A stretch of DNA of 64,000 bases from Marsupella aquatica (lineage: Eukaryota > Plantae > Marchantiophyta): positions 4,012,490 through 4,076,489 of the forward strand of contig OZ316893.1 in the NCBI GenBank assembly GCA_973895155.1, given 5' to 3'. The translations under genes were made by a program, and so were the position numbers. Below the pieces are notes generated by a model, which was given only the letters and a program-made list of their open reading frames with translations, ran no database searches and had not been told where the DNA came from. Shown piece after piece: positions 1 through 12,100 of the stretch (within the stretch, counting starts at the first letter, position 1; the number at the start of each line of letters is the position of its first letter).

Positions 1-19
1 GATTTTTCAATATCTGTAG

Positions 20-3000
20 TGGCAATCCCGGCGATGTTATCAACCATGAGGTAGGCTCAGACCAACTCAATAACAAAAGTCAAGAGATCCGAGACAGACG
101 CCGAAAGCTACGAAATAAACCTCTCAAAGACGATGCCGCTACGAACACACTGAGGTAAATTTTAAATATGACTAGTGTTCATCTTGATTCTCTTAAAATC
201 TTGTCTGTTTAGCCTGTTGTATTTCCCACGAGTTTCTTCTACATGTCCTTTGGCCGGAATCAAATCGCAGGTGGGAAAACGGCTTGAATTGGATGATCTT
301 AAACTGTGGACCACTGCCTTCGATTTCAGAATTGTTAGTAGTGTGGAATTCTTTACAAAATAGTACACCTTAATCTCTCTCGCAGGAGTTGGCTGGCTCA
401 GAACCAAGAATACCCATATGCCACTGATGACGAAACAGCTGAATTAGTGACGAAAACGGGCCTGACAAGCTATCAGGTTTTTTTATGGATAATCAGTCGT
501 CAATTGTGATTAACAAAAATTGTACAATTGTCCATTGTAACTCTTTTGGAACTTACTAGAGTACCTGATCAAGAGCGGGAATTAATTGAGGGCTGAAATA
601 AACAAAACGTTGCATGTAAAGTGGCTACCTGAATACTATTAGGGAACCTTAAGCATGAATATATAGTTAGTTCACCTAGTCAAATGGGTTGTACATAATG
701 ATCTATTCAACATTTGAAGTCGGCTATCAGAATGTCCGCTCTGAGCTTGTACATATCATAGGCCGGGTACAACAGCTAAAATTTTCAATGCTTTTACACA
801 GGTCAAGAAAGGCTTGCAGAGACTGCGGGAGGACGAATTCAAGGGATCAGTAAAATATGTTCAAGGGACCTATAAATGGACGAGGGATGAGATACTCCGG
901 ATGATTAGAAATACGGAACGACATTCAGTGGCGCCAATGAGTAGGTCTGTAGACGTAGTACTCAGTTCCTTTCTGTGTATCAAATCTAATTTTCGAATTG
1001 CTTTTCCTCGAAGCTCCTGTTCGCAGAACATGTTTAAAGTCAGAGCACTTTCAGACCTTTTGCTAGACTATACGTCGTAGTTCGTCTCTTCAAATTTATT
1101 GCTTCACATATCTGTGAATGCTGTTCGGGACTTCGAGGTGAAATGTACGCAACGAACCAACTCTCGAAGGTAGTCTTTTATGATCATATATGGTGGATAC
1201 ATATGCATAATTTTTGCTCCCTCCAAATTACTTCTGTAAGTTGGTCATAGGGGAACCCTGCAAGATCAATACAGGACCGACTTCATCTGATCTATCCAAT
1301 ATGGCTATATGTATGAGTCAAGAAATCACATCATGAGTTACTTTATAGACATCCATCCAAAACCCGGCAAATTTCCGAAGTGTGTGGATAGAAATATACC
1401 TTTCCTCGATGGAATCTCGTCACAACCAGTCAAAAGTATCTTTAAAGAAAAATGCACTGAAAGAGAAGCATGAATCAAGTTGCCTAATGTCACATTTCCA
1501 TACCTCATTGAATGACTTTGGCCACTTCCTCAAAAACATGTCTTACCCGGGATCTTACCTTCAGACTGCATTTTGCTCAGTGTCCTGAGCGCAGGCATAT
1601 TTCTTGGGAGCTCGTCGACCAAGGAATCAGCAAAATCAATAAAGTAAGGATACAATTTACTCTCACATAAGAATTCGCAATCAGGAGATTCCTCTGATCG
1701 ATGCTCAGATTTTGGGGTGAGAAATGGAAGAACTTGCTGACGCTTCGCTTTGATATCTATTCCCCTGTTGAAAATCTCCGGAATTTCGCCGTCCTCTGGA
1801 CTTTCTAGACATAGCAGGTTGTTTGCAACAAGATCTAGGATGACCCACAGACAGCTACAATTGTTCATTTTAATTCATTTCGAAATATTAATATTCAAAG
1901 AAACCTTAAACGTCGATTTTTACCATTGAATAGATTGAAATCCAAATTCTGCCATTATGACATTAGCATAGACAATAATTGGTTTGAAATGCTCTTCAGT
2001 AATGAACTTTCGGTGGCGAAACCTCAAGATGTGGGAGATTCATCTTCCGGCCCTGCTGATGAGATCCGATATATGACTATCCCTCACAACCCGATGGTCC
2101 CTGGTAAGAATGCGGTGCTGCGTTTTGGCTTCAAAGATAACAGGAAGGAGCTCATAATTAAATCAACAAAGTCAACAGAAAACAATAATTCTGCGTTGGT
2201 TTGACCCTGGCTTTGACCTCATAAATCTGAAGGGCCTTTAAGTAACCAAAGAACAGATGACATTCCAGAAACCGCTCAGAATATACGAGAATCTGGGAAT
2301 CCACTATATCTAGCAGGTTTTATTGCAGTTTTGGTTCAACATTAATTGATAGTTCTATTTTCACAGCACGGAGAAAAATTGTAGAGGAGGGCTAAGAAGA
2401 GAGATGCCATACTATTTCTCTGTCGTGCAAGTGAATGGCAAGTCTTAGAGCTGAGAGAACATCTGACCTAGTACTTTCTATTTTATATTTCCAAGAGGTA
2501 GACTGAAGTTGTAATTTCTCAAATACACAACCGTCACCAAATGCAGGAATTGAGAGCTTAGACGAGTTTGTGGGAGGAAACAATCCCGAAGACGATATAT
2601 TTGACAATGAAACACCGAATTCGCATGCACAGCCTCATGATACTAAAGTCACCGATCAGGAGAAGAGAGATATAATCGAGTAAGTTCTCAACTTGTACAA
2701 AATGTTCCAAAACATTTCACTTTTACATGTCTACGTTGTAAAGAGATTTTCAAACAAAAATCATCATCAGTTTCATGTTTTTCTTGGAAGTTCTAACTTA
2801 GACATGACACCGAGCACGACAGACTTCTCTAAATCCATCGTTGATAATGCGTTTGTGTACTGTTTATGATATGGTTAGTAAGATCTTCTGCTGGATGTTT
2901 ATCATATGCTGGTTTTTACTCTCGACGGAAGATGCCAGGAAAGATTTAGGATGCATGTTCTTTATCTCTGAGGAAAGCAGCCTCATGGTAGAAACCATTA

Positions 3001-4970
3001 TTAAAACCGTGTTATTTAAAGTCTTAACTTTCATCTTTGTCCATGCTCTACATATTCTGTTAGGTGGACCATCAATAGACGGCTAAAACTCCAAACTCAC
3101 ATGCAGTAATATGGATCCACTAAGACCCAATCTTCATTATGCGCATTTCTTCTCCTTTCATGAAAGTTAAAGTAAACTGTACGATACTTATTCTCTGAGA
3201 ACTTATGGAGAAGTTCGTATGGCGAAAGGTAGAACTGGAATCAAGCAAGAACGGCTGCATTCATGATTTTCCTTGCATCACAGAATTCGGCATGGAAAGG
3301 GCCTCAAAGAAAGAATCCAGTCTTATTGGACAAGAAATCAATGAGAAAACGAGAATTGTGTCGAGGCAGATGCAAACCAGTGCTCCTATTTCGAAAGAAA
3401 TAAATAATGATGATCTAATCTATCTATGTAGCTGGATATCTGAATATGTAGGAACTGGATGAAGAACCATCTGGACTATCCTTATCCTGAGTCTGATGAC
3501 CTCGTCCAGCTCGCAAAATCGATGGATGTAACCTTGCTTAGAGTAAGTATTTAATTCTCATGTAAATCTTGGAGGTAACTTTCCCAAACCAACATCTCCT
3601 CACTGGTATATATCTGACATTGTAGATTTCAACGACCAGTCACTTCTGTTGTCACTCTCAAATCCAGTAAAGTGGATTGTATGTGATGAGACATAATTTC
3701 ACTTCAAGCAAGCTTCTGCAGGTACAGGAGAGGTGCAAAAAATATCGGGCCACGCACAAACATTTATTTTCTGCAGAGGCATTAAAATACAAGCAGACTA
3801 GGCATAAAAAAGGTCAAAAACAGATTGAATTTGAGCTTACCGAGAACGAAAATGCTGGAAAACAAGTGCCACAAAACATAGAAACTAACAACAAGAGGAG
3901 AAGACCTAACACCGAAAGAAAGGAGAGTGAAGAAGCAATGCATAAAGTTCCAAGAACGGTAACAGAGGACACGCAAACCTATGAACAAAATAATCATGAT
4001 CGAATTCAGAGGTAAATTCACGCTTTACCAAATACCCGACACACAAGGACAAAACTTGGATGATCATCCATACATGAGTGAAGTGAGTGAGAATCAACTT
4101 CGGAAAACTCTCTTTAACAGTTAAAGGATACAATACTACAATTAAATAAACTACTCAGTGAACGTAATGTTGGAGATTAACGTAGTGGTGTCATACAATA
4201 GGCACTGAAAACCACTTCCACTCAAACTAGCAATTGCATCCAAGTTCATGATCTTTTATATTGTAGCATCATTTATACACATCTATCAAGTGAAGCCTTT
4301 CTATTTCTTTCCTAAGACACTTTCTTTCCTAAGACACTGCACACAAAGCTTAAAAACTTTTGCAAGATGCCCCACAGAAGGACCTGCTTTGCATTGTTCC
4401 ACGCTGGTATATATACACTCGAGTGACACAGCGCATCGCCTTCCAGAGAGAAAATATATGTTAAGACAAGTAACAAAAGAACCCGTTTTATGGGAGCTTA
4501 AACGTTTCTTATAATAATTTCATGTCGTATGATAATGGTATCCTTGAAAATGTTTCTATTAATAATTTCAATTTTAATATATCTTGGATTAATTAAAGTT
4601 GTTTCATGGTTGCTTGTTTTATATGTTGGAGTTATTAATTAGTCCTTTCACTCATGGTGTGCCATGTAATTCCTTGATCACCATTAGTGACATCATTGAC
4701 AAAGGAATGACGGATTTTCATGACGGAAGTTCAGCTCCATGTGAGCTGGGTGACGCTAGTCAGATACCCAAATTAAATCTGCTGATGGACGCCTCAGAAC
4801 CCTTATTTCAGATGACGGACGGTTCAGATCCGAACCAATTACAACCTATTGATTTCTCATTTCCCCCTGACGATGGTATCTCATATATGGACGATATGCT
4901 TTCCAGCATCCATATTGATGACTATTTAGCGCCAAGCAATCCTCTTGATCCAAATAATTATGGTAGATGA
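20..4970 (+). CDS. Multi-exon gene (5' end outside window) encoding two divergent TALE-class homeodomains and an acidic C-terminal tail
   Basis: Manually spliced, phase-compatible exons: 20-154, 386-476, 802-940, 1251-1310, ~1565/1596-1643, 2000-2103, 2233-2316, 2547-2679, (uncertain exon ~3107-3165), 3284-3365 (GC donor), 3452-3542, 3722-4011, ~4368-4407, last exon to stop 4970. HD1: RRRKLRNKPLKDDAATNTLR|SWLAQNQEYPYATDDETAELVTKTGLTSYQ|VKKGLQRLREDEFK. HD2: EKTRIVSR|NWMKNHLDYPYPESDDLVQLAKSMDVTLLR|VQERCKKYR. Spacing W..(P)YP..GL..QV matches TALE homeodomains. The non-HD exon boundaries are tentative. Confidence 0.75.
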
Positions 4971-5286
4971 TCATCTTTCACATTCCACCCTAGAGTGCAA
5001 ATCCTTGTTTAGGAATCAAAAGTCTGAATACATATTTTAATAAACCTAAGTCCCATGGAATTTTCATACATTTCCTGGAGAAATAATTTCTTGGTTATAG
5101 GCTTGGTATCTTAACTGCAAATCAAAATATGACATATACTGTGTAAGACATCCTTCCATACTATGATAAATCTTGTTTTTTTTCTTTAAATCTGAGCATA
5201 CCATAGATTATCATATTTTAATGTGTGATTACCAGCAATGCTTGGTACCCAGCTTGGTATGGCTGTCTCCAAGGGTAAAAAAACTC

Positions 5287-5881
5287 AGGTCCCTTGGGTT
5301 AGATACAGATAAATAAATTTAACAGTCTAACTTTTATGAGACAGTTTGTATGTTGATAATAGCGAATTTAAGCTCCCATAAATCTCCAAGGGCACAAAAG
5401 CAGGTCCCTTGGGTTAGGTAGATACACTGTTCACCTTAATTAGTGTGACTAACACTAATTCGAGAGTGCTCATTTTTAGGGTCTATTCGTGAATTAGTGT
5501 TAATCACACTAATTTTGTGCTAACACTATTTACACGCACATGAATTAGTGTTACTATGGTCTTAAGAGTGGCAAAATAGAGAGCAAAACACTATTTTGAA
5601 AAATACACAACAATTGTTCACTAAATACTATCCATTTTTTACAAGAAATTAAAACTAAAGTGAACAAAATCTGTTTAGAACACCGACAAAAATTAGTGTT
5701 ACTTGGACTCAAAATCAATTTTACCAAAATTAGTGTTAGTAACATTAATTTTATACTAACACTAATTCTTGCATAACACTAATTATGGTGAACAGTGTAG
5801 ATAAATAAGTTTAATGATCTAACTCGTATGAAACAATGTGTAGCTACGTTGATAATTAGTGAATTGCAGCTCCCATAAATC
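5287..5881 (+). repeat. Diverged ~115-bp tandem duplication; second copy interrupted by a MITE
   Basis: CAGGTCCCTTGGGTTAG...GATAAATAA...GTTGATAAT...GCTCCCATAAATC occurs at ~5287-5383 and again at 5401-5424 + 5798-5881. Confidence 0.75.
5425..5797. mobile_element. MITE with CACTG termini and subterminal AATTAGTGT repeats
   Basis: TIR CACTGTTCACC(T/A)TAATTAGTGT at both ends, flanked by TA/TA; many internal AATTAGTGT/ACACTAATT copies. Confidence 0.85.
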
Positions 5882-6160
5882 ATGATGTTTGACAAGGTGC
5901 TCGAATGGATGGACCCTAAACCCACATGGACTCCTTTGAAGTGTTACTTTCTACTCAGAGCACAGTCTTCCTTGGCATAAATATCCACCATAAATTATGT
6001 GTGTCAAAAAGTAATTGGAATAGGAGTTTCCAGGTCAAACGTTGTGGTTTATCCAAGCACCTTACTCACTTTGAAACGCAGCTTCAAACATGATATACAG
6101 GAACTAAAATCAAATAATCTTTATCAAGATTGATAGTACTCCAGAGGAGGTCTAGTCCTG

Positions 6161-9100
6161 ATGGATATTCATATGTTGCACACTATGCTAGGTGCAGAAA
6201 CATTCATTGCAGACCATTCTTTCCGAGTAGAGGACTTTGAGTCTCCAAAATCCATGGAGGCAATTGTGGTAAACACACCTCATCAGTCTGTACGTAAGAA
6301 GTTAATTTCGTCATGGTTGTCCTCTAGTCTAGTCTAGTAATAATCATGAGAAACCCTGCCGGTAATCACACATCAAAATGTGGCTGCATTCATTGATTGA
6401 AAGAAAAAAACTAGGATTATCACGGTATGCAGGGGTGTCGTACATAGTATATGTCATATTTTGATGTGCAGTTACCGAGACCCCATGAAAAATGATCATG
6501 GAACCACTTTCCAGGGAAGCTCGTAGGAGGATTGACTGGGACATGTTGACCCAGTTTTTGCAGGCTCTCTGTATTGCTTGTAAAGAGCTTCTTAATGTTT
6601 GACATTTTATTTTTATTTTTATTGTACATAAAAAATCAAATTGTGCAATGTGACAAGCATTCATCGTGAATAGATTGTCTTACCATGATACTTAGATGAT
6701 GTATATGTTTGATGTACCCCCAAAATGAATGTATTACTTGATGAGACCCCTCAGTGATAAGATCATCGATGTACCTTAAAATTAGTAACAAAACCTTATG
6801 AGGTTGATTGGGGAAAAAGGGTTGATTTGGGTGTACATCAAGCCAATATCTCATGACAAACACAATTTTATTTTATATCACCGAGTGTAGCTATTTCTAT
6901 GTATCTGGTGACAATATTTTGAAGTACAATTGCCAGGACCCCTTTCTAATAAGGTTTCTCGGCAGCTCAACTATCAAAAACAATTCAAACAAATGTGCAA
7001 TAGCATTAGAGCTCATATTCATGTATTGTACCATCAACTCTATATATTATACAAAGCCAAAGCTTTTTATTTACTTCCCAATACATTGCACACAAACAAA
7101 CCAATTTAGTTTTTTCCCCGAAAAATGCCTGTTGTGCAGTGTTGCCAAGCACTACAGGTAGTCCTTGAACATGACAAATATGTGCTTGTAGAAGTGAAGA
7201 GTGGTTGTTTGTCTATCTTGAGCGTATAGAAGTGGTCACCCTTCTGTTTATTCAAACCAAGCTGTTTGACATTGTTGGCCGAAAAAAGCTGCTCACCTTT
7301 GTCGGATGAAAGCTTCTCCAGGGATTTAAATACACTCGTGGCCTTGATTTCTCCACCGCTGTTCACATAATTAGAATTATAAAAGGTGCCTCACCTACGG
7401 GTGGGGTCACACTGTTGCCATCACGTAGGAATCAAGTACGGGTTGGTTTATTCATTTTGTGGAAAAGCTTAAAAATCCTGAGGAAGTAGATAAGGATGTA
7501 AGAATTCCAAAAGGTGGTCTACTGCCACATGTCAAATCCTCCTTCCTTTGAAGAGGCTGTCTAATTAGGGGTGTGGACAGACTTCATGATGTGACCCACT
7601 AGTCCTTAATTTGTTCTGCAGACAGAAAATGATATTGGAGGGTTGGCACAAGAAGAGGAAGCAGGCACCGATATGTTGGCTACCAATACCTCTTCCCCTG
7701 AACTCATTTCAAGTTTGCCATATGAGCTCCTTTCGAGGGAGATCGAGAGGGCCATGATTGGGGCGAGTGTGCAACCCCCTGGAGACTTATTTATACAGTT
7801 GTTCTTCATAGTAGGAGTTTACAAGGTGAGTGGTCAATGTACTCACTCAAAGGGGGGTCTTATCATGCGCAACATGTTTTCTAGGTTAATAACCTAGAAA
7901 ATAAGAGATAAATCTTTAAGCAGTTTTTCTACCCCTAACTGCATGGAATATTCTACACTAGATTTGGTGGTAAACCTTATAATTCTCAAAGTTTTATTAA
8001 AACACCCTAATTTTCTTCGACATAAATTTACAAGCTTCCCACTCAATCCAATATTAGGGTGTGATGGATCGGAAATAAGTGAGAACGAGGGGGGGAAGTG
8101 ATGAAAAATTTTCAAAGTGTCCCAGCCTTCCACTATAGTAGGGGGTCCATTGGCTGAGTTTCAGTCCAACAAAAACATGAGTGGAATCTAGTCTAGCTAA
8201 CTAGATAATGATCTTACAACATGATGATCCCTCTAGTTCTCAGAACCTTTATCAGGAATATTTGCTTCAGTCATGCTGCCCTTCTTTTACCCAAAGTTGA
8301 CTGAGAAAAGCCCACTTCTGGTTTAATCTTACAAGCTTGGGTTGCTTGTTGCCTGATACTGGACACAGTAGTTTGTCCCACTACTAGGATGTTTATCCAG
8401 GATGTGATTTTCCTACCAAACAGAATAATGCCCATAACATGACCTAGATTAGCTTGACCATTTAACTTTTTCTAACAAAAAGCTCCCTCAAAGCAGTCCT
8501 TCGAGAACCAGAAACCAGTTCACTGCAAACGCACTTGTGACTTATTCACAGATCCTCTACCATGCTGCTGGTCCAAAAAAATTGATGGGAAGACCCTTAG
8601 CACAGCCAAACTTGCCTTCCAAAAGGTATTTGTTGTTAAGCCAGCTAAATATATTTTCAGTTACTAGTAGTACTATGAAGAGACTAATTATGGCTTCTTA
8701 TTATTACTGAAGTCAATCAAATTATGGTGGGTTTTTTTTTTGGGGGGGGGAGGGGCGACATCTCACATATTTATTCCAGCCTTGGGGGATCATTGTATGG
8801 AGGGCCATACATCACATGTCAAGGTTTGGGTGGGGTTTATAACTCTCCTAAGTCACTTTATATATAATTGTATGTCACCAATCACATGATGAAATGTATG
8901 CATTTTGCAATTAAACAACCTTATAATTCCATTGACAACTAAATAAGTTTTTCTGAAAAGTAGTCAAAGGACCTATACTTTTCGCACATGATCAGGCACA
9001 TGATATGCCACTTCCAAGGATAATTCCTCATTATAGCATACTAAAATCTGTCTAGTTAGTTTGTCTGATAAAACCACCATTCAACTAGTCTCTTCCTCGG

Positions 9101-12100
9101 TCTCTTCTTTTGCAGGACATATGTGAAACCATCAATGCTTATATGTTTGAAAAAGGCCACAAAATCTACAAGTTTCCACAATTTGCAGTAGATATAATGA
9201 AGTGAGATTTCATTTCACAAGACCCAAAAACCTGTTTGGTCCCACCAATCTGTTGTGGCTCTATTTGTACATAAGGTCAACGGTGTTGTATGCCAGTCTA
9301 GATAGACATAGATTCCAAACCTTGTCAAGGCATCCAAGCAAACCAGATCATATATATGACAGGACTATAGAGATATCATTCTACATTCAAGTCCATCTGA
9401 CCTGGTCAAACCATGTTGGTGCTTCAGATAATTGCTTCAAAATTCTCTAAAGGTAAATGTTGTATGTCCAAGAATGAACGTACATTGAACTATTGTCATA
9501 AGAGATTTGTTCTGGGTCTTTTATAATGAATGTTGATTGGCCATTTGCTATATATGCTCCGACCAGTTTTCTTTCTTCCCAGTGATAGCATCACTTTTTA
9601 GCATTGCTAGTTGTGCTTTATAGTGCAGGGTTCATAGTTACTACAGTATTAAAAAAAATCACCCATACAGAAACTCTTATTCGGTAGTGCCATCCCTGTT
9701 CACCCTAAAAAATAAAGAATTATTCCAACCTTAGACATGACCGACAAAGTTTTTAAGAGTGCTTGGGAAACTCAAAAGAACTTTGCAAGGTGGAGTCAAA
9801 TTGTGTTCTAAGCAGCTTGATCTAAACACTCAATTTTCAAAGTACACCTTATTTTCAAAAATAAACTACATAATCTGGCGAAAATATTTAGGCATTGTGT
9901 ATTTCCTGAATATGAATTAATTAATAAGGTAGGGGGGGCGGAAGGTCATGCGTGCACTACCGTATATGGCCACCCTGCAATGAATGCTGTCCTGAGACTG
10001 TCTGGCTCTTAGTATTCTTCAACCAGCCATTTTCAACGTTGGGGCATTTTGTATGCTTGCAGCAAGTGGGCAACTTCCCACAGTGAAAGACCTCTAGCCA
10101 CACCAACAGATCTTTCGGACTTATCGTCCAGAATTGGATTACGACCAGATCAGGTGGGCCCAGATTTTTAACTAAGGAACTATTTCCACAAAATAGCAAG
10201 GTTGAACTACGCATATAATTATAATCATACACACTAAAAAAAATCAACCGTGCCTGAAGTAGAGCAGGAATTTTTACGTTCCAAGATGCCAATGACAGCA
10301 CACGCCTGTCATGTTTAATTTTCATTTTTATGTCTCGTTGCCTGTGTCTTTTCAAGAATTTTCAAATACGCTAAGTTGATAGACTAGGCCATTCATTTCT
10401 TCAGCAGCTTTCACCACTGACGGGGTTTCAGTGAGTCCCTAATATATTTGTTGTCAGTATTTGGGAAAACAAATCTAGCATCACAAGTTTACGGAATTCT
10501 TTTCCAAGTTATTGGGTGATCCTGTTCACTCAAATCCACGTTCCAAAACAATTTTATGTTGTGTAATTGAGCTTCAGCTTTACCTTGCTAATTATGTAAA
10601 GTTGGAGACTCACCAAACTTGAAGAAATATGGATCGTTCAGCTACAAGAACCTGAAGCTCCCATAGGTCACCACAATGTTGACAAGATCTTTGAATGGAA
10701 TGTTGCAACCGACATAGACCACTCTGAGATCTTGTCTTTCACTTAGACAACACTTTTCCTTTATATGGATGGCCCCATTTTTGGTTGTCACAAGGAGCGT
10801 GGTCAATCTGAGTCTTAAGAGATAGAAATTGTGGTCCATCTGTCTGACCACGGGTCTGAGCATCAATATCATGGCTACATTACTGGTGTCATCCAAAGGA
10901 AAATATATAAAATAATCAACAAGTCCACAAGCAATCTCAACTAGTTTCTACTGATATTTAGTGGCGCACTGTAGTTTCATGTCTCAAGGTTAAATTTGAA
11001 AGAACATCCCAAACCTTTGGGTCAGATTTAGATTTTTTTGACCGTAATTCATTTTGATTAAGATAATACAGTTAGAACGGCGACGTACATTCATACAAAG
11101 AACATTTTGGGATCCCATCGGAGCTAACCAGTTCGATAGATCCCTTCTAAGGCAAGCTGTTCATGACTTGCTGACGAAATGACTGAAATTCCTGACTTTG
11201 AGTGATTTTGATTGATTCCTAGATCAAAAGCTGGTTGCAATATTGGCGAAAATCTGTCTGGTACAAGGAAACTAACAGACCCAAGCTTGGGGTTGTAAAG
11301 GCAAAGTATGACAAAGATTTCAGCGACCCGATGATGTAATATACGAAAAACCCACCAAGAATATTTGAAACCGACGTTCTTACCTTTTTGTCACTTTACG
11401 AAAAGCTTGAATGGACTATTTTAACAAACCCCATCAACATTGGGCCATTTTCTTTTGTTTGGAAAGGCAAAAGTTATTTTTCATGGCAAATTAAAGTAAA
11501 CTTACACTATTTGATAAAGTTCTGCTTCTAGCCTGTCCCTCTGTTTTGAAAATACATAGGGATTGAGGCCATTGTCATGTAAATAAAGACTCGTGATCTT
11601 AGCCTGCTAGTTTTGACAATGAATTGTCATACTTATACCCCAGTTTTGGTCCTCGTGGCTTCTAGTGCCAGTGGTGTTAGAGAGGGCTCAGGCATTCATT
11701 ATCCTTGGTCGAGCCGAGGTGGTTGATTTAAGGGCCTCTCCTTAAAATTCTCTTTCTTGACCCTCGGGGGGGTCACTTCCATGGAAGTGGCATATCATGT
11801 GCGACGAAGTATAGGGCCATTTAAATGGTTTTGGCGGAAGACTTATTAAGTCTTCTATGGAAATATAGGGTTGTTTAATTGCAAAATGCATGTGTCATCA
11901 CACGATTGATGCCGTACAACTTTCTAGAAAGTGATTTAGGGGGGTCATAAATGACCCAAACTGTCGCACGTGATGTATGACTCTTCATATAGTGACCCCC
12001 CCCCCCCAAGTCTTGACCCTCCTATGCCGTTTACTCCAGAGCTCTACAAGGTTTTCATTTTGTTGCTCAGTAGGGCTTTAGTTCTTTGCCATTGTTTGGG

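Noticed and set aside
2547-3200. Possible third homeodomain after exon ending ...EKRDII (phase 2)
   Set aside because: No following 91-bp W..YPY exon could be found.
1-4200. Fragmented plus-strand ORFs initially suggesting a decayed endogenous viral gene
   Set aside because: They resolve into phase-compatible spliced exons of a homeobox gene; no viral motifs seen.
6300-7450. Short minus-strand ORFs inside the first predicted intron of TALE gene 2
   Set aside because: No recognisable domain; probably a TE remnant.
9957-10896. Minus-strand ORF fragments in the 3-kb intron
   Set aside because: No family assignable; broken frames.
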